From positions 4,054 to 68,053 of the forward strand of contig CAVIGZ010000004.1 of NCBI GenBank assembly GCA_963642565.1: 64,000 nt of DNA, given 5' to 3'. Within the stretch, counting starts at the first letter, position 1; each line of letters begins with the position of its first letter. This document shows positions 29,528-39,449 of this stretch, in pieces. The position numbers and the translations under genes were made by a program. The DNA is from Bacteroidaceae bacterium (lineage in GTDB: Bacteria; Bacteroidota; Bacteroidia; Bacteroidales; UBA932). The notes beneath the pieces are model-generated. The model worked only from the letters and a program-made list of their open reading frames with translations. It was not told the DNA's origin and did no database searches.

Positions 29528-31123
29528 ATGAAGAAAATCATCTACTTGATACTGATCGCATGCTCCGGCCTGTTCTTCTCCTGCAAGGATGAGTCCGGAA
29601 TGACGAAAGACGGGGACATAGTCCTGTCAAACCTGACGGCGGAGCCGAGGATCGGAGCGGTTGTCCTCAAGTGGGACAACCCGACGGCAAGCGACTATTA
29701 CTATGCCACCGTCATCTATCAGAACGCTGCCGGAGAGGAGGTGAAGCAAAAGGTGAGCGTCTATAGTGTCGATTCTGAAAAGGGAGAAGGCCACACTTCC
29801 GTAATGATAGGAGGCTTCTCCGACACGAACACTTACGAGTTCACGGTCACTCCTTACACTTCAGATGAGCGTTATGGAGATCCGCTGACCGTTTCCTGCG
29901 CTCCCGAGGATGCCAGCAAGGCTTTCAAGTACATCACGGAGACCATCACGACCACCCCTACAATCGAAGGGGCTGTCATCGGTTGGGCCAATGACTATGA
30001 TGTCCCTGTCACTGTCAACATCTCCTACAAGAATCTCGCTGGTGAGACCAAGACTGTCACCAGGACAGGGAGCGTGGACGACAGCGTGGAGATCTTTCCG
30101 TTTGTGGACAAGACAAGCGTCACCGTCACCGTAACCGACGAGAGCGGTAAGAACACTTCCGATCCCAAGGTGATCGAGGTGACACCGGAAAGGGGAGAGA
30201 TTCCTCAATCCAGAATCACGGCCGTCGGCGCCTCAAGCGTGAATGGCGGCAACGATCCGGCAAGACTCTTGGACAACAATGTCTCAACCGCTTGGAAGTC
30301 AGGTGACGAAGATTACCAATGGGTGGCTTTCGACCTCGGTGAGGTCCACAAAGTCAACTGGATCGAGATGGTTGGTGATTCCGATGACAAGGAAGCCCAG
30401 CCTACTTCCATCATGATCTATTATTCCGAGGTTCCGGTGGCAGACATCTCCGCCGCCACAAACCTCGGCACGTTCGAGTACAATCCTGAACACGTTTACA
30501 ATCACGCCTATGGGTTTAATGCTCCTGTCAACGCAAGGTACATCCTTGTCGCTTTCCTGGGATCCCGCCGCGTGAGCATCACCGAGTTCTGTGCCTACTA
30601 TGCCGACGCCGCGACACATTATGCGAACGAGTCCGCCGCGGAACTTCAGCCGGATCCGGACGATGACGACACCTACTACCCGGACACTGAGTACATGACT
30701 CCTAACACTGCTGTCTATTGCAATAAATTGAACATTACCGCAAGCAATCCTGACGATCCGTCTGAATTCACTTATACAACAACAGGCGGTGACCCTGGGG
30801 TGTCCATGACTCCTATCAAGAAACAGGTTCCGGGAACAGTGCTTGTGTTCCACTACAAGTCAACGGCCGACCTGTCCTGCGAGTTCTTCTGGTGCAAAGG
30901 CGGCTGGGGAGTCGGCGGCCCTGCCGGAGGAGTGGAGACGTTCTTCAAACTGAAGAAGACCGATGAGTGGAAGACATTCAAGATGAACATGGTTCAGGCT
31001 TGGAACAACGGCTGGTGGACCGGAGCCCCGGGTGCGGTTGTCCGCTTTGACATCGGAGACGGAGCCGGAGATACGGTTGTCATCAGGTTGATGCACTGGC
31101 GCGCCGCCGAGGAGGGCGAATAA
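29528..31123 (+). CDS. PUL surface lipoprotein: DUF4959/Fn3-like + F5/8 type C (CBM32-like) + C-terminal CBM-like module
   Basis: Lipobox FFSC, GAVVLKW, discoidin motifs LLDNNVSTAWKS…WVAFDLG…ARYI, Trp-rich C-terminal beta module. Confidence 0.7.
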   Translation: MKKIIYLILIACSGLFFSCKDESGMTKDGDIVLSNLTAEPRIGAVVLKWDNPTASDYYYATVIYQNAAGEEVKQKVSVYSVDSEKGEGHTSVMIGGFSDTNTYEFTVTPYTSDERYGDPLTVSCAPEDASKAFKYITETITTTPTIEGAVIGWANDYDVPVTVNISYKNLAGETKTVTRTGSVDDSVEIFPFVDKTSVTVTVTDESGKNTSDPKVIEVTPERGEIPQSRITAVGASSVNGGNDPARLLDNNVSTAWKSGDEDYQWVAFDLGEVHKVNWIEMVGDSDDKEAQPTSIMIYYSEVPVADISAATNLGTFEYNPEHVYNHAYGFNAPVNARYILVAFLGSRRVSITEFCAYYADAATHYANESAAELQPDPDDDDTYYPDTEYMTPNTAVYCNKLNITASNPDDPSEFTYTTTGGDPGVSMTPIKKQVPGTVLVFHYKSTADLSCEFFWCKGGWGVGGPAGGVETFFKLKKTDEWKTFKMNMVQAWNNGWWTGAPGAVVRFDIGDGAGDTVVIRLMHWRAAEEGE

Positions 31124-31152
31124 TCAAAGTTCCTTTAAACATTTATTTACAG

Positions 31153-33084
31153 ATGATAAAAAAGACAAGCTTTTCATCTATAATGATTTTCGTGGTTATG
31201 TCCTGTGCGCTTTCAGCACAGGACATAACTGTCGAAAATCCGCCGGTTGATCTCTGTCAGGACACTTGGGTGGCCACTGACGCCTTGGGCAGGACAATGC
31301 CGGGCATTGATGCCGCGGGTCCTGTAAAGACCGACCAGCGCCGTGTCGTGGGAATCTTCTACATCACATGGCACACGCAGAACCTCGCGACCCTTCCGGC
31401 ACCTTATGAAGCGGATGTGACGAAAGTTCTCAAGACCGATCCGAACGCCCGTCTTCAGGCCGACAATCCGAACTGGAAATATGGCTCCTACCACTGGGGA
31501 GAGCCTGAGATGGGCTATTTCCTCAGCCAGGACGAATGGGTGATCCGCAAGGACATGTCGATGCTCTCCGACGCCGGGGTGGACGTGCTGGTGATGGACG
31601 TCACCAACGCCGTACGCTACTGGGACGAGTGGGAGGTGCTGTTCTCCACGATGGAGAAGATGCGCGCAGAAGGCAACAGCACGCCGCAGTTCTGTTTCTG
31701 GGCGTTCAACGGGGAAGTGATCACCGTCGTCCAGCAGCTCTACGAGCGGATCTACAAAGAGAACAAGTACCCTGATCTTTGGTTCTACTGGGACGGAAAG
31801 CCTCTGCTGCTGTACAACGCCGACCCTGTCCATGATGCCAACGGAGGCCATTCCGCCTACAGGGACGGCACTCACGACTACTCCGATGAGGTGAAGAGTT
31901 TCTTCACTCTCAGGAACATGTGGTGGGGCTACTACGAGTGGGCCGGGAAGCGTTTCATCGGCACGGAGGACAACTGGAGTTTCGGCTACAGCATGGCTGA
32001 TCCTAAGATCAAGTCCATGACTCCGGAGGAACTGGTTTCAAAGCACAACGGCAAGGTCGAGGAGGCGGCTGTCACGCCTGCCCAGCATCCGGTCACTATG
32101 ACCAGGGAGCCGATGGGAGTCGGAAAATCCTGGTCGAGACGCTACGGCGAGCCGAAGCTCAATGAATATGATCTCCCGGATTCTGCCTATGTCCCTTGGC
32201 TCGGACGCAAGGTCTCCGATCCGGAGGGCTACGGAATCTACTTCCAGGAGCGTTGGGACGACGCTCTGGCCGCGAACCCTCAGTTCCTTTACCTCAACGA
32301 CTGGAACGAGTGGACGGCCGGAAAGTACAACGGCGAGGTCGGCTGGCTCGGCAGGAAGAATCCGTTCATGTTCGTGGACCAGTACAACTCCGAGTTCAAC
32401 CGGACGATCCAGCCGATGAAAGGCGGCTACACCGACAACTACTACATGCAGATGGCCCAGAACATCCGCCGCTACAAGGGAGTGAGGCCGGTTCCGGTGA
32501 ACAGGCATATTCATAAAATGTCGGTTGACGGAATATTCGGTGATTGGGAGCAGGTTGAGGTGGTCTATCGCGACACCCGCGGGGATGTGTTCCATCGCGA
32601 CGCAAAGGGTTACGGCGGGCTTCACTACACCGATGACACCGGAAGGAACGACATTGTGGCTTCGAAGGTGGCCGTCGGCAAGTCTGAGATATTCTTTTAC
32701 GCCGAGACCGCGGATGACTTGACTCCGTGCACCGATCCTGACTGGATGCTGCTGTTGATTGACTCCGACGGAGACTCATCGACAGGTTGGTACGGCTACG
32801 ACATCCTGATCAACAAGGACGTGACCTCGCCTGGCGAAGGGAATGTCCTGAAGTTCATTGACGGAAAATGGACCGTGGCCGGAAAGTACCGTTTCGCCGT
32901 GGACGGCAACAAACTGGAACTGGCCGTTCCGAAGTCGCTGCTGGGCGTTTCCGGGAAGTCGATCACCTTTGACTTCAAGTGGGCGGACAACACCGGGGAA
33001 CTCATTGACCCGATTTCTTTGTGCCTCCACGGAGACACCGCCCCGAACCGCAGGTTCAACTACAGATTCGTCTGGAACAAATAA
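31153..33084 (+). CDS. Putative glycoside hydrolase, GH99/GH71-like TIM barrel (paralog A)
   Basis: Signal peptide, FYITWH, HWGEPEMGYF, DAGVDVL, DGKPLL, NDWNEW. Located in the PUL. Confidence 0.65.
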   Translation: MIKKTSFSSIMIFVVMSCALSAQDITVENPPVDLCQDTWVATDALGRTMPGIDAAGPVKTDQRRVVGIFYITWHTQNLATLPAPYEADVTKVLKTDPNARLQADNPNWKYGSYHWGEPEMGYFLSQDEWVIRKDMSMLSDAGVDVLVMDVTNAVRYWDEWEVLFSTMEKMRAEGNSTPQFCFWAFNGEVITVVQQLYERIYKENKYPDLWFYWDGKPLLLYNADPVHDANGGHSAYRDGTHDYSDEVKSFFTLRNMWWGYYEWAGKRFIGTEDNWSFGYSMADPKIKSMTPEELVSKHNGKVEEAAVTPAQHPVTMTREPMGVGKSWSRRYGEPKLNEYDLPDSAYVPWLGRKVSDPEGYGIYFQERWDDALAANPQFLYLNDWNEWTAGKYNGEVGWLGRKNPFMFVDQYNSEFNRTIQPMKGGYTDNYYMQMAQNIRRYKGVRPVPVNRHIHKMSVDGIFGDWEQVEVVYRDTRGDVFHRDAKGYGGLHYTDDTGRNDIVASKVAVGKSEIFFYAETADDLTPCTDPDWMLLLIDSDGDSSTGWYGYDILINKDVTSPGEGNVLKFIDGKWTVAGKYRFAVDGNKLELAVPKSLLGVSGKSITFDFKWADNTGELIDPISLCLHGDTAPNRRFNYRFVWNK

Positions 33085-33094
33085 TATTTGTGCT

Positions 33095-35824
33095 GTGAGA
33101 AGAGTTCTTACCTCTTTGCTGGTGCTTGCGGCCCTGTGCGCCCAGGCCAAGCCTACGGTCAATCCCGTCTGTCTGACCTGCAACGAAATGGTCAACCCTG
33201 TCGCTGTCAGTGACGTGCGCTTCAGTTGGAAGCTCGATTCGGATGTAAAGGCTGCCCGCCAGACAGCCTACGAACTCTGGATCGGAACGCTGCCGCAATG
33301 TGGCGGCGACGTGTGGAAGTCCGGGAAAATCATCTCGGAAGACCAGCTGGACATCACACCTCCTTCGGATGTCATCCTCAAGGAAGGGGAGAGGTACTTC
33401 TGGAAGGTCAGGGTCTGGGACGGATCTGACAAGGTCTCCGCATGGACTGCTCCGGCCAGTTTCCGAAAGTCGATAGACAACTCATGGAAAGCTGACTGGA
33501 TTGCCACGGGAAAGATGGAGGACGGCCCGTTCCCGTATTTCCGCAAGACCTTTTCGGTCGGCAAGGGCAAGGTCCGCTCGGCTGTCATCTACCTTTGCGG
33601 TCTGGGCTGCTCTCAGCTTTTCTTCAATGGCATGGTTGTCGAGCCTGACAGGGTTCTCGATCCCGCCCAGACCGACTACGACAAGAAAGCTCTCTACAGC
33701 GCGTTTGATGTTACCGGCCTTCTTGTGAACGGCAAGAACTGCATAGGAGTCATGCTGGGAGCCGGATGGTACGATCAGGATAAGGTCTGGGGAGGAGGAA
33801 TGACCTACGGCAAGCCTATGCTCCGTTGTCAGATGCGCATTGAATATTCTTCCGGCGCAGTGGAGACCGTCGGTACGGACACATCCTGGAAATGGGCCGA
33901 CGGTCCGCTTGTAAGATCGAATGTCTATCAAGGGGATGAATATGATGCCAGACGAGAGATGGACGGATGGTGTTCAGCGGCGTTCGATGACAGTTCATGG
34001 AACGCCGCCGTGATGGCTCAAGGTGTCATCCCGAAGCGGATGGCCGCTCAGGAGATTCCTCCGATGGTGGCCGGGAAGCCTCAGGAGGCCTCATCCATGT
34101 GGCGGTCTTCCAAGAAGGGGAACGTCTGGATTTATGACTTCGGAACCAACCTAACCTCGGAAGTCGTGTTCAGCGCGTCTCTTCCGCGCGGAGTCAGGCT
34201 CCAGACCATCGGATCGGAGGAGATCGACCCTGTCACCCGCGAGATTGACGTGGAGTCCACCGGAGTGGAACATGTCGGATTACAGAAGGATGCCTACACT
34301 TTCGCAGGAAAAGGGAAGGAGACATGGATGCCGGTCTTCACCTACCACGGAATGAGGTATGTGGAGCTGACCGTCGAAGGCTCTGACGAAGAGCCGGGGC
34401 TGGACTGGATCACACGCGCCCCTGTACACACCGACTTGGTCACAATCGGGTCGTTCGAATGCTCGGACCATCAGATCAACTACCTGCATGACATCGCTGC
34501 GAGGACATTCATCAATGCGTTTGTCGGGCTTCCTGTGGACTGCAACCAAAGGGAGAAGTGCGGATGGCTCGGAGACACTCACGCCTACGACAGGGCCGCC
34601 GACATGCTCTTCCAGATGAACAGCTTCTGGGTCAAGTACCTTGATGACATCAGGACCACTTCGGATGTAAGTCTCACAAACACCCTCTTCCACAAGCTTT
34701 ATAACCATAGGTTCTACTACGCTGACAAGGAGGCGGGGATTCCGTTCATGATAGCCCCAGGAAAGCGTCTCTGCGGAGTGGCTTCTCCTGACTGGGGGAC
34801 GGCCGTCGTGCAGCTTCCCTGGCATCTTTACCTGTACTGTGGCAACAGGGGAATTCTCGAGAACTACTACGACATGATGAGTCTTTGGGTCCGCCACATA
34901 GCGGACACTGCGGTTGACGGGATTGTCTACGAGGGTCTCGGCGACTGGTGTCCGACATTCAGCAGCCATGAGCACAACGCCACGGCCGTCGAGTTCTCAT
35001 CCTCGGCATTCCATCTTCTGGACCTCGGAATAATGGTCAGGACGGCAAGGCTGCTTGGCAGGGAAGATGACCTCGGGTGGTTCGAAAAGCAGGAGGAATA
35101 TGTCCGCAAGGCCATCACCGCCAAGTTCTTCAACCCTCTCAAGTGTTCCTTCGGAGGCCAGACAGCGGACGCGATGGCTCTTGAACTCGGACTCTTTCCT
35201 CAAGACCGCCGTCAGGAAGGCGCACAGGCCATCCTGAATGACATAAACACCGGCCACAAGTTCTTCGATGTGGGAGTCTTCGGACTTTCAAGGATAGGAA
35301 GCGCACTGGCAAGGAACGGGGCTTCGGCGGAAGCGTTCGCCCTCTTCACGAAGAAAGGAGAGAACACGTTCGGTGTGATGGTCGATTCCTTGAAGGTGAC
35401 CACCCTGTGGGAGACTCTGCCTTTGCAGAGCGACACCCGGGCGAAGTCTCACGGCTCTCACTGCCATCCTATGCAAGGAGGCTATGAGTCCTGGATTCTT
35501 GAGGATGTCGCCGGACTGAGGCCTGTGGAGGATGCTCCGGGATTCAAGACAGTCCTGTTCCATCCTTGGCACACTTCCGACCTTGAATGGGCGGCCGCTA
35601 CGGTTGACACCCGTTACGGAACGACCTCCACTTCATGGAAGAACGAGGGCGGAAGGCTTGTCTGGGACATCGTCATCCCGGCCGGCGCCGACGGGCTGGT
35701 GTACATTCCTGAAGGAAAGAAGGCAACGGTTGACGGTAAGGCTGTCGTGTTTGACAGGAAAAATCACGAAGGCTATGAATGCTACGTCTTCCCTTCCGGC
35801 TCTTATCACATTGTGGCTGAATAG
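33095..35824 (+). CDS. GH78 alpha-L-rhamnosidase-family protein
   Basis: GTG start with signal peptide, YFWKVRVWD, PYFRKTF, YDFGTN, FTYHGMRY, DCNQREKCGWLGD, TTLWE, SHCHPMQG. Confidence 0.88.
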   Translation: MRRVLTSLLVLAALCAQAKPTVNPVCLTCNEMVNPVAVSDVRFSWKLDSDVKAARQTAYELWIGTLPQCGGDVWKSGKIISEDQLDITPPSDVILKEGERYFWKVRVWDGSDKVSAWTAPASFRKSIDNSWKADWIATGKMEDGPFPYFRKTFSVGKGKVRSAVIYLCGLGCSQLFFNGMVVEPDRVLDPAQTDYDKKALYSAFDVTGLLVNGKNCIGVMLGAGWYDQDKVWGGGMTYGKPMLRCQMRIEYSSGAVETVGTDTSWKWADGPLVRSNVYQGDEYDARREMDGWCSAAFDDSSWNAAVMAQGVIPKRMAAQEIPPMVAGKPQEASSMWRSSKKGNVWIYDFGTNLTSEVVFSASLPRGVRLQTIGSEEIDPVTREIDVESTGVEHVGLQKDAYTFAGKGKETWMPVFTYHGMRYVELTVEGSDEEPGLDWITRAPVHTDLVTIGSFECSDHQINYLHDIAARTFINAFVGLPVDCNQREKCGWLGDTHAYDRAADMLFQMNSFWVKYLDDIRTTSDVSLTNTLFHKLYNHRFYYADKEAGIPFMIAPGKRLCGVASPDWGTAVVQLPWHLYLYCGNRGILENYYDMMSLWVRHIADTAVDGIVYEGLGDWCPTFSSHEHNATAVEFSSSAFHLLDLGIMVRTARLLGREDDLGWFEKQEEYVRKAITAKFFNPLKCSFGGQTADAMALELGLFPQDRRQEGAQAILNDINTGHKFFDVGVFGLSRIGSALARNGASAEAFALFTKKGENTFGVMVDSLKVTTLWETLPLQSDTRAKSHGSHCHPMQGGYESWILEDVAGLRPVEDAPGFKTVLFHPWHTSDLEWAAATVDTRYGTTSTSWKNEGGRLVWDIVIPAGADGLVYIPEGKKATVDGKAVVFDRKNHEGYECYVFPSGSYHIVAE

Positions 35825-35875
35825 CTCCACCAGGAGCTGGCCGTTAAGTTTAAAAACATTGGAAATCATTTGACT

Positions 35876-37687
35876 ATGAAAAGAATTTTTCTCGCTTTCT
35901 CGCTTTTGTCCCTGGTGATGACCCCATCGTTCTCCCAGGAGGTGAACAGCGACTCCTGGGCGGCCACAGACGCCCTTGGCCGCAAGGTAAGGTCTTATGC
36001 CGACGCTCCGGCCAAACGTGACGGAAAGGTTGTAGCGATGTTCTACTGGACATGGCATCAGGGCAACGACGACACGACTTACCGTGTCAAGAACATCTCC
36101 GGAATAATCCGTCAGCAACCTGAGGCCCTGAAGGACTACAACCATCCGGCATGGGGCAGCAAGAAGCCCGGCTTCTTCTTTTGGGAAGAGCCTTTGTTCG
36201 GCTACTACAAGACCACCGACAAGTGGGTTCTCCGCAAGCAGGCGGAGCTTCTGGCGGACGCCGGAGTTGACGCTGTCTTCTTTGACTGCACCAACGGCTC
36301 CCTGACCTGGAAGGAATCCTACGAGGCTCTTCTGGAAACCTGGGACAAGGCGCGGAAAGACGGAGTGAACGTGCCGAAGATAGCGTTCATGCTCAATTTC
36401 GGTCCGTTGCCTACGTCGCGTGTCTCACTCCGTCAGCTCTACAATGACCTTTACAAGCCGGGCAGGTACTCCGACCTGTGGTTTGTCTGGAAAGGCAAGC
36501 CTTGCATAATGGCTTATCCGGAGGCTCTTGACGACTCCCCTCTGGACCGTGAGATCGCCGGGTTCTTCACTTTCCGTCCGGGGCAGCCGGACTACGTTGA
36601 CGGACCGTCCAGGAACGACCAGTGGGGATGGCTTGAGAACTACCCTCAGCACGGCTATGTCGCTTCGGAAGGAGCTGACGGAAAGGTTTCCTATGAGCAG
36701 GTCACGGTAGGTGTCTCCCAGAACACAAGCCCTGACCGTAAAGGTCATTGCGGAGCCTTCAATGTCAAGGATTCGCAGGGCAGGAGTTTCTCGGTCAGAA
36801 ACGGTTTCGACCCGCGTCCTGACGGCTATCTTTACGGCTGGAACTTCGCTGAGCAGTGGGACAGGGCTGACGAGCTTGACCCTGAGCTGGTCTTCGTGAC
36901 GGGATGGAATGAGTACATCGCCGGAATCTGGCTTCCGGAGCATGGCTGGCAGGGAGACCCGTTCTCGTTTGTGGATCAGTTCGACTGGGACCACAGCCGG
37001 GACATCGAGCCTAACAAAGGCTGGGGTGACAAGGGTGATGTCTATTACCTTCAGCTGGTTGACAGGGTGCGCAAGTTCAAGGGAATGGCTCCGTCGGAAC
37101 CCGCCAGCGGCGAGAAGACCATCGACATGAAGAATGTCGGGGACTGGGATGATGTCAGACCGTATTTCCGAAGCTACAAGGGCAACACCATGCACCGCGA
37201 AGCCCGCGGACGTTATGACTGCTTCTATGTGAACACAACAGGCAGGAACGACATAACCGGAGCCAAGGTGGCCCGTGACTCAGAGAACCTTTGGTTCTAT
37301 GTGGAGACGGCCGGGAAGCTGTCTCCGCAGTCCGGCCCGCACTGGATGCAGCTGCTTATCGACGTGGACCGGGACAAGTCGACCGGCTGGAACGGCTATG
37401 ACTTCATCATCAACCGCGTCGGTCCGGAAGGGCGCAAAGCCGTTCTGGAGAGGAATATTCAAGGAATATGGATGTGGGAGGAATCGGCCGGATGCGAGTT
37501 CCGAACCTATGGCGACAGACTTGTGATAAAGATTCCCCGCAAGGCTTTGGGGCTTTCTTCAGATTCTCTTGACTTCGAGTTCAAATGGAACGACAACATG
37601 CAGGAGGAAGGGAACATCATGGACTTCTATGTCAACGGTGATTCCGCTCCCGGCGGACGTTTCAACTACGTCTATACCGCCAGGTAG
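35876..37687 (+). CDS. Putative glycoside hydrolase, GH99/GH71-like TIM barrel (paralog B)
   Basis: Signal peptide, FYWTWH, FWEEPLFGYY, DAGVDAV, TGWNEY. Colinear similarity to 31153-33084. Confidence 0.65.
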   Translation: MKRIFLAFSLLSLVMTPSFSQEVNSDSWAATDALGRKVRSYADAPAKRDGKVVAMFYWTWHQGNDDTTYRVKNISGIIRQQPEALKDYNHPAWGSKKPGFFFWEEPLFGYYKTTDKWVLRKQAELLADAGVDAVFFDCTNGSLTWKESYEALLETWDKARKDGVNVPKIAFMLNFGPLPTSRVSLRQLYNDLYKPGRYSDLWFVWKGKPCIMAYPEALDDSPLDREIAGFFTFRPGQPDYVDGPSRNDQWGWLENYPQHGYVASEGADGKVSYEQVTVGVSQNTSPDRKGHCGAFNVKDSQGRSFSVRNGFDPRPDGYLYGWNFAEQWDRADELDPELVFVTGWNEYIAGIWLPEHGWQGDPFSFVDQFDWDHSRDIEPNKGWGDKGDVYYLQLVDRVRKFKGMAPSEPASGEKTIDMKNVGDWDDVRPYFRSYKGNTMHREARGRYDCFYVNTTGRNDITGAKVARDSENLWFYVETAGKLSPQSGPHWMQLLIDVDRDKSTGWNGYDFIINRVGPEGRKAVLERNIQGIWMWEESAGCEFRTYGDRLVIKIPRKALGLSSDSLDFEFKWNDNMQEEGNIMDFYVNGDSAPGGRFNYVYTAR

Positions 37688-37799
37688 GAAGTCTTGGTCT
37701 GTTTGAGAATTTGAAGAGAAGGAGTTTTTCAGATAAGAAACATGAAAAAGATGATGCAGGTTATTTTTTGAAGGTTTCTAAATGTTAAGAATAACGGAC

Positions 37800-39440
37800 A
37801 TGAAAATCAATTCATCGTTGCGGCTGATCATCGCCGCGCTCTCATTGACTATTCTTTGCTCATGCGGAAAGGACGCTCCTGGGCCTAACGTTGTCGTAAA
37901 GCCGAAGAGTACCAAGGAACAGATGGCCGCCAACCTGAAGGAATACCTTGCCAAGGACTATTCCTCCAAAGTGGCAAGTGTGGAGGTGACTTCCGACAAA
38001 GTGATTGTCAAGGGTTCCTGCGGAGGGTCCGGGAAGTACGTCCTTGCCGAGATCACTCCTTGGCAGGATGTTACCGAGCTGAAAGAGTACCCTTACACCG
38101 AGAGTGTCTCGGACAAGAATTTTTCGGTCACGGTGGACAGGATTGTCCCGTCACGCGAGGGGATAAGGTACGACAGGGTTTTCTCAAAATGGGCGGTCGT
38201 CAAGGTGGACGGAGACGGACAGACGTTGGATTCCCACGCCCGTTATGCTGACGAGGTGGCTCCGAAGGCCAGTCCGGCCGCTGTCCCGCTCAGGAACAAG
38301 AAAGGTTTCGGGGCCGGAGATCACGACTATTATTTCAGCGACTGCAAGGAGATGAATGTCGGCAGCATCACCATGAATGTGGTTCTCAACAACTACATCA
38401 CGGGAAAGGGTTCAGGCTATTCCTATGGCGGAATCAACTACAGCCTTGGCCCCGTGAAGGAATATGTTGACTATGTGACCGCCAAGGCCGCGGAAAACAG
38501 CCTTGTGGTCTCGGCCATCATTCTCTGTCAGGTCAACTCCATATTCAATGATCCGGAGAACACGGGAGGCAACTACACGATGCCGAATATGACGACCGCC
38601 GAGTCTTTCAACCTCTATGCCGCCGCGCTTGAGCACATGGCCTCCACCCACTGCACCGCGGACAGGAGAATTTCCCACTGGATCATGCACAACGAGGTTG
38701 ACTTTGCGGACGAGTGGACCAACATGGGCACTCAACCGATGCTGCGCTACCTTGACAGGTATGTCAAGTCCATGAGAATCTGCTACAACATCGCGCGGCA
38801 GTACGACCAGAACGCCTCTGTTCTTGGTTCTTTCACACATTGCTGGACAAAGTCCGACGGAGCCTATGCGCCGAAGACATTGCTGAACAAGATTGTTGAA
38901 TATTCCAACGTGGAGGGAGACTTCCGCTGGGGTGTGGCGTACCACCCTTACCCACAGGATCTCACGAAGCCGACATTCTGGAACGACGACACTCAGGCTA
39001 CCTTCTCGATGGACACCAAGTACGTGACTTTCAAGAATCTGGAGGTTATCGACGCTTGGATCAAGCTCAAGGAGAACCTTTACAAAGGGACGGAGAAACG
39101 TCAGCTGTTCCTCTCCGAGCAAGGCACCAACTCGCCTACCTATTCGGAATCTGACCTTGCGCTTCAGGCCGCGGGCGGCGCCTGGGTTTGGAAAAAGGTT
39201 TCCAAATTGGACGGAATTGACGCTGTACAATGGCACAACTGGGCCGACAACAAGGCCGAGGGAGGTCTCAGGATCGGCCTCCGTACCTTCGATGAGGGCA
39301 GTGTCCAGAACCTGACCCCAAAGCCTGTCTGGTACGTCTGGAAAGCAGCCGGCACTCCTGAGGAAGACTCCGTCTTCGATCAGTACAAGACCACCATCGG
39401 CATCACCGACTGGGACTCCATCATGGGAGAGGTAAAATAG
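37800..39440 (+). CDS. DUF5722-type lipoprotein, putative clan GH-A-like glycoside hydrolase
   Basis: Lipobox LCSC, HWIMHNEVD, AYHPYP, LSEQG, PKPVWYVWK. Confidence 0.65.
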   Translation: MKINSSLRLIIAALSLTILCSCGKDAPGPNVVVKPKSTKEQMAANLKEYLAKDYSSKVASVEVTSDKVIVKGSCGGSGKYVLAEITPWQDVTELKEYPYTESVSDKNFSVTVDRIVPSREGIRYDRVFSKWAVVKVDGDGQTLDSHARYADEVAPKASPAAVPLRNKKGFGAGDHDYYFSDCKEMNVGSITMNVVLNNYITGKGSGYSYGGINYSLGPVKEYVDYVTAKAAENSLVVSAIILCQVNSIFNDPENTGGNYTMPNMTTAESFNLYAAALEHMASTHCTADRRISHWIMHNEVDFADEWTNMGTQPMLRYLDRYVKSMRICYNIARQYDQNASVLGSFTHCWTKSDGAYAPKTLLNKIVEYSNVEGDFRWGVAYHPYPQDLTKPTFWNDDTQATFSMDTKYVTFKNLEVIDAWIKLKENLYKGTEKRQLFLSEQGTNSPTYSESDLALQAAGGAWVWKKVSKLDGIDAVQWHNWADNKAEGGLRIGLRTFDEGSVQNLTPKPVWYVWKAAGTPEEDSVFDQYKTTIGITDWDSIMGEVK

Positions 39441-39449
39441 GCGTGACGG

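Noticed and set aside
32858..33094. N-terminal extension of GH78 overlapping the upstream gene
   Set aside because: The signal peptide begins at GTG 33095. The extension is an alternate frame of the upstream CDS.
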